A DNA stretch of 64,000 bases from Octopus vulgaris (taxonomy: Eukaryota). The stretch lies in NCBI GenBank assembly GCA_951406725.2, contig OX597815.1:211420001-211484000 (forward strand), given 5' to 3'. Position 1 is the stretch's first letter; every line of letters starts with the position of its first letter. Of the stretch, positions 40,316-53,971 are shown piece by piece. Under the pieces are notes generated by a model that was not told the origin of the DNA, did not search any database, and saw only the letters and a program-made list of their open reading frames with translations. Both the position numbers and the translations under genes were made by a program.

Positions 40316-43007
40316 TAAAACATAGCTATGCTTGCGCGTATATAATGTATTGTTTGAAATTTTTAAGATACTTTTCATTATTAAAGAGTCATTACAAGAC
40401 ATTGAGTAAAGGTTAACTTTTTCTATTTTTACTTATATAGTTATCATTTATTTGTGTAAAAGCAGCGCCAATGACAAAACTATTACCTAAAGTGTCATGT
40501 CGTCGAGTCGAAAACGAAATTGCATAGCGGTCTTCTTAACCATACAGCCATGCCTGCCGCCATATACTCACTAGCATTCGAGGAGAATGATGCAAGCGTG
40601 GCGAAGTGAACAATCTTCTTTTATTGTTTCTATTTTGTTGAATTCCAAATTTTGGGTATGTGTGTATGTGCATTGTGTGTTTATTATTGTTCATTCACAA
40701 GTGAACCCTACTTTAGTAGACTTATGATCAAAGTCGTTTGATTCGTGAATAACTTGCCGTGGAATGCGTAATTAGAATTACACTAAATAAGTGTCCTTTA
40801 CTTATTTATCACAGCAGAATGGGATGAGGGACATTTTGTTGCTGTATCTAGCATATCAAGCCACCTCGTAGAAGCCTTCTCTCGTTAGTTTTTGTATGTT
40901 TTGGTTGAAGTGGCAAAATGCAAGAAAACAATGTGATTTTCATTCATATTAGTCCTACAATTTATCTTACCCCATGTAACTTAAGCAATCCAAATCTTGC
41001 GCTTTAGCCGTCATAGTGACACATGGATGAACACAGTGTCCTATTACGTGCTCTATTTCTGTATTGTAGATTAACCGTCACAACCATTTTAAACTGCATA
41101 CAAAATTTTGAAAACAGTAAGAAAGAAATCTAATCCGACTAATTGTCAAACCTTCACTCAGTAACATACCAAAACCACTAACTTGCAGGTGCGCTATGTC
41201 TTCCCTCTATTCTGCATGCACTATTATGCATGTAATATGCAGCTACGCAGCAAGTTGGCAAAGTCATTAGTGAATTAGAAACAATATCTTGCAGGATTTC
41301 ATTTGGCTCTGTTTTTGAACACACGGAGTTAAAATTCGGTCAACACAAAGTAAACCTCGGCGGGAATTGAACTCAGAGCGGAGAGAATCGCAACGAATAT
41401 CGCAAGGTGCGAGGTGTTCTTACATATATTCACTCATAAAAATGCTAGCACAGAATTTTAAAATAAAACTGTGCTTCTCATTGTGACCGTTGTTTAGGGA
41501 CGTTCAAGTGTTTAGATGTATGACGGTGTGAGGATTAACTTCAAAGTTAGATGTTAAGTAAATTTAACGTCAACGAATTAAAGATCAATTGAGGTGTTAT
41601 GAGACTCCAGTTTCAAAGATCAGAAACATTAATGGTTAAGTGTATCCCTGCTTCTGAGACCAAAGCTACGCTATGTTACTCTCGTTGACACGTTGCTCGC
41701 GATTGATCGATCAGTTTATCTAGTTACATTCATATACCATGTGAAGAAACAGTTAATCACTTGCACAAGGGATCAGAGTATGAATGATTTGTTCAATTGC
41801 ACGGATCAGATGAAATGTTCTCATGGGAATGGAGAAACCAATTTAGTGCGTCTTTACTCACAGTCTTTAGAGATTCTCAATAACCTTATGGTTTATATAG
41901 GGTTAGGGATTATCTGTAATTTTTAAATGAAAAATCAATGAAAATTCTTTCCCGTGTTTTCATATATCTCTATATTGACAGCTTTCTGCTTTGAAGTGTG
42001 ATCGAGGTGTGAGTTTTATTAGATGATATTAAGAACGTTCTCATTTGAATAACTATGTTTTTATTGATTCAAAAGTAGGTTTAATACATATAGAAATGGT
42101 AGAATTTTCGGCATATAATTGCGTTTCACATTTATGTATCAGTACTCGAGCAAATAAATAGCTTCTATCTGGCATTTTGATTTATTCTACGTACGAGATT
42201 AATTTTGAGGCACTTCTCCTGGCTAAAGAATGAGTTACATATTTATCTATCAAAAAGGGAAGAATTTGAACCATCTTGTGCATTAAACTCAGAACAGAAA
42301 TATGTCGAAAAGAAATATCAGAGCAGCTAGATTCATTAAATATCGATCCTGTCTAGTACACCATCACTACTTTTAGAATTATCGCGTTCCTTTTGGCTAT
42401 GCACAATACAACTGTGTTTACCGTTTATTTTAGAAATATTTACCTTTTCAAGAGAAAATCACGAGATAAAATGTGAACATTTGTTGAACCGAAATCATGG
42501 CCTCATTTTTTTTAAAGGAAGTATTTTCTGAAAAAATTGAAGGCATTTTATTTATTCAGCAAATCCCTTGTGAGAAGAGAGGAGCATCATAATTTCAAAC
42601 TCTTTATAAACCGAGAAAAAAGTCGATGTTTCGCTTCTAAATATCCCAATATGTGGCAGTATACTAATTTGACTATCCTCAAGGTGCTTTAGCGCTAAGA
42701 ATTTAAAAAAATTGTGTATGCATTGGTTTTGGTATCTTTAACTTGTAATCGAAAAATAATTATTATTCTTTTAAGCGCTTATCTCCGACTTCTCCCCTTT
42801 TTTTTTTATTTATTCATCTCAATATATTACACTTACCTTTTGGGAATCCAGGAAATGTGCAAAAGGCAATTCGACATTAATTTAAAATTATATAGTACTG
42901 AACAAAAATGCTACAAATTTTTCAACATGGGAATTCTTTTTTTTTATATATATATACTTATTTTTCCAATGGAGAATGTAAAATTTCGATTAAATTTTTA
43001 AACTTAC

Positions 43008-43360
43008 CAATCCATTACAGACTTGAAGAGCGACATTAGAAGTCGTATGGTCTTTTATTTTCCCAGAGAAAAAACATTTCCGTTTCCAGTATGGAACAAA
43101 TGTAGAATCCGAAACATTTTTGAAGCGAGATTTCAGTCGTTCCACCACCATGCCAGGTGACGTGAATTTGTCGTTTAATTTCATTTGCAAATGCAGCGTT
43201 TTGTTGTCGACGACCACATGATAGTGAATGGTTTCAGGTTCTGTACTCCTCTTCACCGTATGGTGTTCCGGATGTAAAATGTGTGTCTCAAATTGGCCTT
43301 CTGAGTTCACTCGGTATGGTAAAGTCACTTCATAATCCTTGATAAGCTTAAGGAACTCTC
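43008..43360 (-). CDS. ADAMTS: Internal coding exon of an ADAMTS-family metalloprotease (pro-domain, Pep_M12B_propep-like); most similar in motif to the ADAMTS6/10/7/12 group; symbol is family level only
   Basis: Minus strand: pyrimidine-rich acceptor (ctttcttaatttttaactag|GA) at 43361-43362 and donor TTG|gtaagt at 43007-43006. The 353-nt exon (phase 1 in, phase 0 out) reads EFLKLIKDYEVTLPYRVNSEGQFETHILHPEHHTVKRS...LHLQMKLNDKFTSPGMVVE...CFFSGKIKDHTTSNVALQVCNGL. This matches ADAMTS pro-domain hallmarks: YxxxxPxRVxxxGxF, a basic KR site, CxYxGxI, and VALSxCxGL followed by an intron. Confidence 0.9.
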
Positions 43361-43788
43361 CTAGTTAAAAATTAAGAAAGAAAATAGTCATGTAGTAGGA
43401 GGTTGAAACTATAATTCACAATAATTACGATTGATAAGAAGCGGATGAATGAAAAGACAAAACCCGTAGACACTAAACGAAATGCCGTAAGTCACTTATT
43501 GCCATTCCTTCTATATTCTAAAGACTAATTTAACTCTCATTCCCCTTTTGTCGATAGAGTAAACGGAAGATACATGTACAAAGCCTAATCAATATATTGG
43601 ACTCCATGAACTCAAATGTGCAGCTTTGGGTGAATGAGCGATACAAATAATATTAACTAAGTTTCGTGAGCAATTACATTGCTTAACGCCCATGAGAAAG
43701 ACGTCAACATCGCATATACTATTCACCTGTGTACGACGTATGGAAAAAAGAAATCACTACTACACTACTGACCGGTACTACTTGAGAA

Positions 43789-44003
43789 CAGTGGTCCCAG
43801 TACGCGTACTTGCGCCTCCGCGCTAGCTAGTCATGACTAGTCGATCCTTACTTTGTGTTTTTGTGTGTTATTTACTTTGGTTAAAAAATTATTTACTTTG
43901 TGTTCTTGTGTTTTATTTATTTTGTGTAAAAAAATTATTTATTTTGTGTTTTATTTACTTTGCTAGGTAGTCGTTGTAGGATCGACTAGTCACGACTAGT
44001 ACC
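43789..44003. repeat. Small inverted-repeat (MITE-like) structure enclosing T-rich tandem repeats
   Basis: ctagtcatgactagtcgatcct (~43828) and aggatcgactagtcacgactag (~43978) are inverted copies; the interior repeats ttatttactttgtgtt. Confidence 0.55.
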
Positions 44004-45839
44004 TTCTGACAAGTCTTATGGCAAGCCCAGTTGAATAGGCATTGTAGTGAGAACCATTTTACTTCATGGCTAACAAAAATGCTTTTGGGAAAATATGAAC
44101 ATCGAAACATTTAATTTACTTTTTAAATGGTTTAAACCCTTCTACGTAGTTGAAAGAAACGTGACTATCTGTCGGCGATGTTCAAGTGAATAATATTTAC
44201 TTGGCAAGATCATTTTTGTTATGATTGAGTAGGAAGAACTTTTAGTTCAGATCGTTTGTGCCTTTCCAAATTAAATATAATGAAGGGAATTATTGAGCTT
44301 CGTGCTGTTAATTGGAACCCAAAAGATTCAAAGAGTTGAGAACTGATGAATGAGAAATTTCTGCACAGTTTTGGTGCTTCTTTTAATGAAAGATTGCATG
44401 TTTTTGTTGAAGTGGATATTAGAGCTTAAAGTACAACTGGAAATGAGTAATTAGTGAATGAAACAACGTATTGAAGCAAGTAGGTGTCTTCTATATCAGT
44501 GACAGAATATATAGTAGGAAAACACAAAGATAATTGATTTCCATCTCCAGATTTGTTTCCTTGTCTTCCAAAGAAACTAATGTCTTGTGATACCTTTGGA
44601 AATGTGTTGTGCGCTGATCTCCAAAACAAAATCCCAAGCTATCACATTTCGCCCATAACCAGTTATTTTCGATCTAAAGTTCACTTACTATGGATTCCTT
44701 ACCACATGCTCACTTACAGTGATCATTTGCCAATCACTTTTACCATAAATACACTTTCGTTTCCTAAAGTATGGTCAGTTTCTGGTTGGCTATATTCTTC
44801 CGTTTATTCAATTTATTTTGTTTCATTCATAAATTAGTGAAGGGCATGTTTGTTAATAAGACAACTTCTTATGAATAGAGAGAAAGACTTATACGATAGT
44901 TTTAAATGAAACACTGCTGTCTTAATCTACTACTAATAAATGAGAATATATGTAAATACTAACGCCCTCGGCCTTCATTTGTTGACGGAAAACTGCTATA
45001 AAACGCAACCAAATATCCCTCAATTTACATAGCTACTGTCTTAAAAATAGACACATTGGCTAAAACACCATGTTCCAAAATAGATAATGAATAATAAAAA
45101 AAAAACAAGTCGATCATGGTTGGTATGCCTTTCATCACAGCTTTGTTTAATCAATATTGACCTGGGCCTAAACATCACCGACCATAACATAACTACAGAA
45201 AGAAACAAGCGATTCAGTATCATCCGTTGCACCATATATATTAGATACTATTTTAGACTTACATAAGCATAAATTCTTGCTCTTCAACTGCTGACATTTC
45301 ACTACTAACTTTACATACAGGAATATTTCGATGAGCAACTGAGATATTTAATTGTAAATTCAAGCTTTTGTTGCCAGACCGCTTTTTACTTAATTTCAAA
45401 CTTCCTTTTCTAACTTGCGGATGTTTAGACTGATAACTTCCTGTGCACCCACACTAGTTAACTGTTTTACATATGTGTATATCTCTGTAGTATATAAACA
45501 CGCATTTTGACATATATGTATGTACACACACACAAACATATATATATATATATATATACTCACAACTTATAATGAAAAAATTAAAATGCGTGTGTAGGTA
45601 TGCTTGTTATCGTGAATCTGTAAAGAACATAGCAAAACTTTTCTAAAATGGAACCGGACGAAGTGAGAGATTAAAAGAAGAGTGAGGACTGGGAAAAAGA
45701 GAATTCTGAAAGGAGAGAGACAGAGAGTGGGGAAGAAAGAGTTAATGATGCAATAAAGAATATCAGATGGAGTACAAAGAGGACAAGGAGGAGCAGATAT
45801 GCATATATATATATATATTATTTAACACCCCCATCTTAC

Positions 45840-45880
<41 letters not shown>

Positions 45881-46287
45881 ATAAGATGGAAATGGTAAAG
45901 AAGATAAGGTGGGAAAACGCCGTAGTAAATTGTTTAAATTTTAAAGATAGACAAAAAATTATTTGGCCAGTAAACTAGTTTCTTAGCTTCCAGGTTATTT
46001 GTTTCTTTGTTATTGTTGATAAATTATTTGCTTCCTGTTTATAGTTAGTCTCCGCAGAGTCACAATGTATGTGTGACGAGGCTGGTTCCTTGAATTACAG
46101 ATGCAGTCTATCCGACGTGGTTCCACAGTTTACGTCTGTCCAGTTTCACTAATAAGGCGTGGGTCTATTCGACGTTATCGTAAAATACATTTTTACCCAG
46201 GATACCACTAGATGGTATCGAACCCCAAACCTCGTTGTTACTCAGTTTGTCTGCAACTTTAATCTCACTACTGAAGTTATGAAATAT

Positions 46288-46880
46288 TGATTTCAAACGT
46301 CGGCACAAGGCCAGCAATTTCGGGAGAAAGGTAAGTTGATTACATGGACACCAGTGGTCAACTGGTACTTACTTCATCCAGAAAGGATGAAAGGCGAAGA
46401 TGATCTGGGCGGAATTTGAACTCAGAACTTGAAGACGGACAAAATGTCGTTAATCATTTTGTCCCGAGTGCTAACGATTCTGCCAGCTCAGTAATAATTA
46501 TTTCAAATTTTTGCCACAAGGGCATCTTGTGGGAGGTGGAGATAAGTCGATTACATTGACCCCCTATGCTCAGCTGGTACTTATTTTATCGACCGCGAAA
46601 GGATGAAAGGCAAACTCGACCTCGGCGGAATTTGAACTCAGAACGTAGCGACGGGCGAAATACCTATTTCTATTTCTTTACTACCCACAAGGGGCTAAAC
46701 ACAGAGGGGACAAACAAGGACAGACAAACGGATTAAGTCGATTATATCGACCGCAGTGCGTAACTGGTACTTATTTAATCGACCCCGAAAAGATGAAAGG
46801 CAAGGTCGACCTCGGCGGAATTTGAACTCAGAACGTAGCGGCAGACGAAACACGGCTAAGCATTTCGTCCGGCGTGCTAA
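46288..46880 (-). mobile_element. Cluster of family B SINE copies/modules
   Basis: Three core modules on the minus strand. Confidence 0.85.
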
Positions 46881-47282
46881 CTTAGCTCAGTTATTGATAA
46901 TAAATGAATAAAAAAAAAATGATAATAAAACAGGAGCACTAGGTTCGAATTTCCAAGTGGATGTCATGGTGACCTTTTGCTATAAATGAAAACAGCAAAG
47001 GCTAAGAAGGCAAACAGCTAAACTTACAAAACCATAATAAAATAATTAAAAAAACGGAGTTGGAGATTAGGAATAAGATATTCTAATACTTTTTCCAGGA
47101 TATCAGATAAAAAGCTGCTTAGTAACTGAAAATTTTCAAAAGGTGCAGGAGGTGGTAATGTCTTTATTTCAAGAGGAATCCGGCCCACTTAGACGATCAA
47201 TATCAAGTTTAAAAAAAAAAACTTGTTATTTCTGATTGTTTGTACATGGACACACACACATATGTATATATATGTATGTATG

Positions 47283-47320
<38 letters not shown>

Positions 47321-47323
<3 letters not shown>

Positions 47324-47342
47324 TTTGGATTTGGTTTGCAAG

Positions 47343-47383
<41 letters not shown>

Positions 47384-47478
47384 TTTGGATTTGGTTTGCA
47401 AGATTATATATATATATCGTTTTTGGATTTGGTTTGCAAGATTATATATATATATCGTTTTTGGATTTGGTTTGCAAG

Positions 47479-47527
<49 letters not shown>

Positions 47528-47560
47528 TTTTTGGATTTGGTTTGCAAGATTATATATATA

Positions 47561-47597
<37 letters not shown>

Positions 47598-47615
47598 TTT
47601 TGGGATTTGTTTATA
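47321..47615. repeat. Minisatellite: gtttttggatttggtttgcaagat + variable (TA)n, 5 intact and 1 degenerate unit
   Basis: Units at ~47321, 47381, 47418, 47457, 47527 and 47597. Confidence 0.92.
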
Positions 47616-47634
47616 TATATATATATATATATAT

Positions 47635-47738
47635 ATAAACAATATGAGAGATCACTATATGGATCCCTTGTATCCTAAAAATAGACGTCTATTTTTAGCA
47701 TACAAGGGTTCAATATAGTGATCTCTCGTATTGTTTAT
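47635..47738. repeat. 104-bp loopless palindrome next to (TA)n
   Basis: Centre gac|gtc at 47686/47687; 4 mismatched pairs in 52. Confidence 0.93.
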
Positions 47739-48777
47739 GTTTAAATAAAATTCATGGTCCTCGGACGTTTTTTAAGTATACTGACCACTAGTTGAAATTG
47801 ATATTATTTAATATTAATTTCTAATACATATATGTGTGTGTGCGTGATTATACGCCCCGCAATTAAAATTTGAAATTCTATCTATCTGTCTCTCAGAACT
47901 ATATATCTTGCTCGTTATCTTCATGAATATTTATCTATCCGCCTACCTGTTTACTTGTATTAATATTTCTTTTCGCTTACAGACACAAAACATACACTTA
48001 CTTATGTTCCATCTATTTCTTTGGCCATCAAGCAAGCCAATTAGCAAGATCAGTATTTACCTCCCCATCTATCTATCTATTTTAAATAATGATGTATTCT
48101 TGCTGAATGTGTGTAGTATCTTTAGCACTTTTTTTTCTGTTGTAATTACAGAGCCACATGTAGATACTGCATACAAAATGTCGCTTTGTTTTTACTAAAG
48201 TTTTATAAAAAAAGAAATATGACAACAAGAATTTCAATTATTTTCTTTTAAACAATGTAATTTAGAAAGCATAGTTTTTCACAATAGAGCGAAGGGAAGT
48301 AGATTAGCCGAAGCCTTAGCACGATTTTTAGTTATAACACTTTATGTTCTTCGTTAAAATCCCGCCAATTCCACTTTGCCTTTTACTCTTCCGAGATTGT
48401 TGCGAGTTCGAGTTAAGCTGTGAGTTTATGCAATCGACTGTTTCCTCCCTCTAAATTCGAGCTGGCTTAACCACTACACTTGTAATGGGGGAACCTCCAG
48501 CCCACGGAACTTTCCTGAGTTACACAGCTACCAAAAGATTTTCAACTTTTGTTTTTTTGGTAATATGACCTGCCTGATGACGAGTAATGTATCGTCACCA
48601 GACAGCCCACTTCTCGAAAAAAGGTTGCCCATGCCTGCACTAAACACAGTTCTTAAGACACAAAGGTTATCCACCGAGCAGTAAATAGGTACTGCTAGAT
48701 AGAAACAACTCGCTGCTCCGTGCAGTGAAAATACTGTTCGTAAATGGGGTGATTTGTTAACTCACACTGCTGAGTTC

Positions 48778-49194
48778 GGATCTTTTCGGTTTGAACGGCA
48801 GTTTTTTCTAGCGGTGTCATATGAAACTGTCACCCATAATTATGACCCTAGTATCGATCTATTGCATTTCAATCTGTTTTAGGGTTATTTAGGGTTAGGG
48901 AGAAGGGTGTCTTTTTTTCTTCAGAAATGTAAATAAACCCAATCCGTTTCTTAAGCGAGGGACATATTCATACGGTACAGAATGTTTTTGTACCTCAATA
49001 GACGGTCATTGATTGGTTGAAATTGCAGAAATTGAAGAAAAACAACAACAAATATCTTACAAACTATAGAATTTTTTCAATAAAGCAAAGAGGAAAAGAT
49101 GTTTTATAAACACATTCTACCAGTATACGAAGTTTAAAAGTGTTTAGCTACGTGGAAATTATGTTAAAAACTGCCGTTCAAACCGAAAAGATCC
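48778..49194. mobile_element. MITE with ~29-bp TIRs and an 8-bp TSD (Merlin- or MULE-like; superfamily uncertain)
   Basis: TIR GGATCTTTTCGGTTTGAACGGCAGTTTTT at both ends; ctgagttc duplicated at 48770-48777 and 49195-49202; internal TTAGGG-like repeats. Confidence 0.9.
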
Positions 49195-49636
49195 CTGAGT
49201 TCAATTACTCCCGTGAAAAATAATACCCGTCGAAATTACTCTGCGATAGACCAGCGTCTGATCTTGAGAAAGATTTATCTTTAATCCACTTAAGGTTACG
49301 AAAACTAGACATAAGCACCAAGCTACATGTACTGTTGGGAATCTGAGAAGATTGTTGTTTTTACGTTTATTGTCTTGGTCGCATTCATCGCTACAAACCT
49401 TCCAAACACAAAACTTGAAACGAAGTGTTGTTGGTAATGTTTTTGCTCTTAACTCTTGGCTAGCGACGGGTGAACACACTTATAACTAAAGGCGATTTAG
49501 CCATGATGATCCCATCTTCCTTCGGTGATAATATATCTAAGAAAGTAATTCTTTCTATTATAGGCAGAAGGCCTGGAATTATGGGGTAGGGGGCTTGCCG
49601 ATCATATCGACTGTTTAACTGGTACTTATTTTATCG

Positions 49637-50141
49637 GTGGAGGCGCAATGGCCCAGTGGTTAGGGCACTCGCGGTCGTAGGATCGCGGTTTCGATTCCCA
49701 GACCGGGCATTGTGAGTGTTTATTGAGCGAAAACACCTAAAGCTCCACGAGACTCCTGCAGGGGGTGGTGGTGAACTCTGCTGTACTCTTTCACCACAAC
49801 TTTCTCTCACTCTTTCTTCCTGTTTCTGTTGTTCCTGTATTTCAAAGGGTCATCCTTGTCACACTTTGTGTCACGCTGAATCTCCCCGAGAACTACGTTA
49901 AGGGTATGCGTGTCTGTGGGGTGATCAGCCACTTGCACGTTAATAAATGAGCTGCGATGTCACTGGTGCCAAGCTGTATCGGCCTTTGCCTTTCCCTTGG
50001 ATAACATCGGTGGCGTGTAGAGGGGAGGCTGGTATGCGTGGGCGACTGCTGGTCTTCCATAAAAAAACCTTGTCTGGACTTGTGCCTCGGAGGGTAACTT
50101 TCTAGGTGCAATCCCATGGTCATTCATGACCGAAGGGGGTC
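49637..50141 (+). mobile_element. tRNA-derived SINE, family D
   Basis: GGAGGCGCAATGGCCCAGTGGTTAGG...GGTTTCGATTCC head; related head at 60136-60435 (-). Confidence 0.75.
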
Positions 50142-51989
50142 ACCACAACAACTTATTTTACCGATCGCGAAAGGATGAAAGTCTACCTGAATTTGAAGTG
50201 AGAACGCAAAGCATGAAATACCGCTAAGAATTTTGTCTGGCGTGCTAACGATTTTGCCAGCTGGTTTCCTTGTCTAGGACAATAATAGTTACAAAGCACA
50301 GCTTTTCTCTCTTCGACAGAACCATGAAAAAAAAAAAAGAAGAAAATTCGGAAAATAAAAACTTTATGGCTGCGTGGTTAAGAATGTTAGTTATGCTATC
50401 ACACGGTTTCGGATTCAGTCTCAGCACGCGGCGCGTATCTTCTACTATAGCCCAGGACTTGTGAGTAATCCCATCGTCTATTTATCTATCTATTTGTGTG
50501 TACATGTTGTGTTTGTCCCCACTCCCGCCACCACTGTGACAACTGGTTTTATTTTGCTTATTTCCCCGTAACTTAGCAGTTTTGCAATAATAATAATAAT
50601 AATAATAAACGATAGAATAAGTTCCAGACTTTAAAAATAAGTAATGGTGTCGACATATTTGACTAAACATGTCGAGGCGGTACTCCAGCATGGCCGCAGT
50701 TCAGTGACTGAAAGAAGTAAAAAATGAGGATCCAGCGCGAGTTTCTTTTTCTTTAAGACAGGAGAGTGCGACCTGAAGGAGATTCGGCAGCAATCGCTCT
50801 CAGGTCGAACATCCGCATAGAGGCTTCACCATTCTTTTTGCTCCAGGAAAGATTTACATAGTGACAACGTACATACACCTTCCAGAGCTTGAAACCCCAC
50901 CAAACAAAAACAGTGCATAATAGTTTATCTCAATGAAAAATAAACATATATCCAGTGTTATACTATAAAAGGAGGGGGTTATTAATAATAAAAAAAAACA
51001 AAAACAAAAAAAATTATATAATTTTTAAGTCACACGGTGAATCACAGCTTGCGTGAAACGAGGCAAGGTGCATATGGCGGATTGTGACGAAATAACAAAC
51101 AACGAAACGAGCGATGATTGGATACTTGCAGCCATTAAAATGCCGTTAGTGACAGATACCTCAACGCGCGTTTTCTTATCTGACTGACATGATAATTTCA
51201 AGTACAGCTGACTTGCACTCACTTGCAATGATCACATCCGAAATATTTTTATGAGACGTGGCTCAGCAAACTTTATCAGTAAAAGTACATGGAGAAAAAC
51301 AAAAGAATATCCAGTGTGAATGCTGAATATGAGGTTGAGAAACTCAAATTGCAACCACGTGGTTTCGGGTTCAGTTCTACCACGCAGCACCATAGTCAAG
51401 TGCCTTCTGCTAGAGACCCGAGCCGTCCCATACTTTATGAGCGACTTTGGTAGATGGAAACTGTGTGGAAGCCCAAGGTGTATACATACACATAAGTATG
51501 TGAATGTGTGTTTGTTCGCCTTTGTGTTGCCCCCTACACTATTTGCTTTATTTACGTCTCCCATGATTTAGTGGTTCGACAAAGAGACCGATGGTTTTGA
51601 ATATAATACTGCGGTTGATTTGTTCGACTTAGGTCTTCAAGCGGGTGCTCTAGCATGACTGCAACCCAGTAAGACGAAACACTAAAAAGTCGATAGCATG
51701 TTCGACTTAAACTGCAATGCCTTGAGAGATTTTGAGTTCAATCTCCAACTGGGCCAAAGTTTGCCTTTCATTATGTCAGGGGATGTACGCTAAATACTAG
51801 TCCCGTACTGGCGTCGGGTTACCTAATCGATTGTTCCTCTCACACAAATTGTTTTTATGCCCTTGTATCTGTCTTAAAAGACTCATAAAGAGAAACAGAG
51901 ACAAAAAGACGAGCAGCTACACACTCAGGCAGGCAGGCAGGCAGGCAGACAGACAGATAGATGTTGACAAGTATACTCTTTTACTCTTC

Positions 51990-52378
51990 TACTTGTTTCA
52001 GTCATTTGACTGCGGTCATGCTGGAGCACCGCCTTCAATCGAGCAAATCGACCCCGGGACTTATTCTTTTTGTAAGCCCAGTACTTATTCTATCGGTCTC
52101 TTTTGCCGAACCGCTAAGTAACGGGGACATAAACACACCAGCATCGGTTGTCAAGCAATGCTAGAGGGACAAACACAGACACACAAACACACACACGCAT
52201 ATATATACATACACAAATATACGACGGGCTTCTTTTCAGTTTCCGTCTACCAAATCCACTCACAAGGCTTTGGTCGGCCCGAGGCTATAGTAGAAGACAC
52301 TTGCCCAAGGTGCCACGTTGTGCGACTGAACCCGGTCCCATGTGGTTGGTAAACAAGCTACTTACCACACAGCCACTC
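51990..52378 (-). mobile_element. Family A SINE, near full length
   Basis: Near-identical to the other family A copies. Confidence 0.9.
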
Positions 52379-52504
52379 CAGTATACCGATAGTTACAGAT
52401 ACTTAGTCAGAAAGTTAAAGACAACAGGGCCATCTCAGCAGCATTATAGCCACCTCCCGCAGGTAAATCAATGCACTGAGCCCAATACTTGTTTTTTTAA
52501 TATA

Positions 52505-53232
52505 AGGAGCACTCCGTCGGTTACGACGACGAGGGTCGCGGCTGATACTATTTATTCAAGGCACATGACCCGAAATTTTGGGGGAGGGTGGGCCAGTCGA
52601 TTACATCGACCTCAGTGCGTGACTGGTACTTATTTAATCGACCCCGAAAGGATGAAAGGCAAAGTCGACCTCGGTGGAATTTGAACTCAGAACGTAGCGG
52701 CAGACGAAATACCTATTTCTTTATTACCCAAGGGGCTACACACAGAGTGGACAAACAAGGACAAACGGATTAAGTCGATAACGTCGACCCCAATGCGTAA
52801 CTGGTACTTAATTTATCGACCCCGAAAGGATGAAAGGCAAAGTCAACCTCGGCGGAATTTGTACTCAGAACGTAACGGCAGGCGAAATACCGCTAAGCAT
52901 TTCGCCCGGCGTACTAACGGTTCTGCCAACTCGCCGCCCTGGGTCCCAGCTGATACGATCAACGGAACAGCTTCCTCGTGAAATAACGCGCAAGTTTCTG
53001 AACACTCCACAGGCACGTGCACCCTTAACGTGGTTCTCAGGGAGATTCCCCGTGACACAGAGTGTGATGACAAGGCTGGCCCTTCGAAATATAGGTACTA
53101 CGCATTTTTGCCAGCTGAGTGGACTGGAGCAACGTGAAATGAAATGTCTTGCTCAAGGACACAACGCGTCACCGGGAATTGAACTCTCGACCGTGAGCAG
53201 AATTCCCTAACCACTAAGCCACACGCTTTCAC
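52505..53232 (-). mobile_element. Family C SINE interrupted by a nested family B SINE (52555-52938)
   Basis: Head at 53232-53160 and tail at 52505-52548; gggtc.c.gctgatac duplicated at ~52533 and ~52941 around the nested copy. Confidence 0.8.
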
Positions 53233-53971
53233 AATTTATTTACTGATAACAAGACATGACACTCACTGAACAGAATTGAGTTCCTTGACCTGGGAGTCGT
53301 CTGAGCAACAGCTCGGTATGACCGAGCCTTAAGACGACACCGAAAGACAACAGACAAAAAAGGGAGGCAAATAAAGAGGCAATTATAGGGACAAACAGAG
53401 GAAGAAAGAAAGAAAGAAAAAAAGGGAAAGAGAGCAGGAGAATGGAGACAGTGAGAGGAGGCGAGAGAAGCGCGTGTTCGTTATTCTTTCAGTTAAGGGG
53501 AGAGATGAATGTATTGTTAGCTGTTGACGTATCTGTATGCATACGTTTATGGACATGTGGATGTAGTTGTGTGTAAAGGTAGGCATATGTATGCGTAAAC
53601 ACACACACACGCGCATACATACATACACGTATATATATATATATATATGTGTGTGTGCCTGTGTGTTTGCATGTCTATGTACATGTGCTGTTATGTAAGC
53701 TATCCACCTACACACTCAGGGCTCTGAACAGTATTTTTTTTAATCAATGCACACACACACACACAGATACACATGCGTTCTAGTGCACGTGCGTACGAAT
53801 TATATGTTTTCTTTTGTATTTTTCATTCAGAGGAGAAGGAGGAACGGCGCCCAAGAACTTTGCCATCCCTCCCGAGCTGCTGATGTCAATGTATTACCGT
53901 GCTTGCACCTGTTCGTCTACAAGAATTCGTCTGATATATCTATCTGTCTATCTATCTATCTCAAGATTATA

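Noticed and set aside
47321-47615. Repeat-spacer pattern resembling CRISPR
   Set aside because: The spacers are only (TA)n of varying length.
48572-48625. CTGATGA...GAAA hammerhead-like match
   Set aside because: Stem II register is wrong (C opposite C), no stem I/III, and CTGATGA is part of another hairpin inside a hAT-like MITE end.
51036-51135. Candidate signal-peptide exon MAASIQSSLVSLFVISSQSAIC...
   Set aside because: Weakly hydrophobic, and the only phase-compatible donor (gtgtga) is poor; unsupported.
52148-52684. 178-aa ORF
   Set aside because: Read-through of antisense SINE copies.
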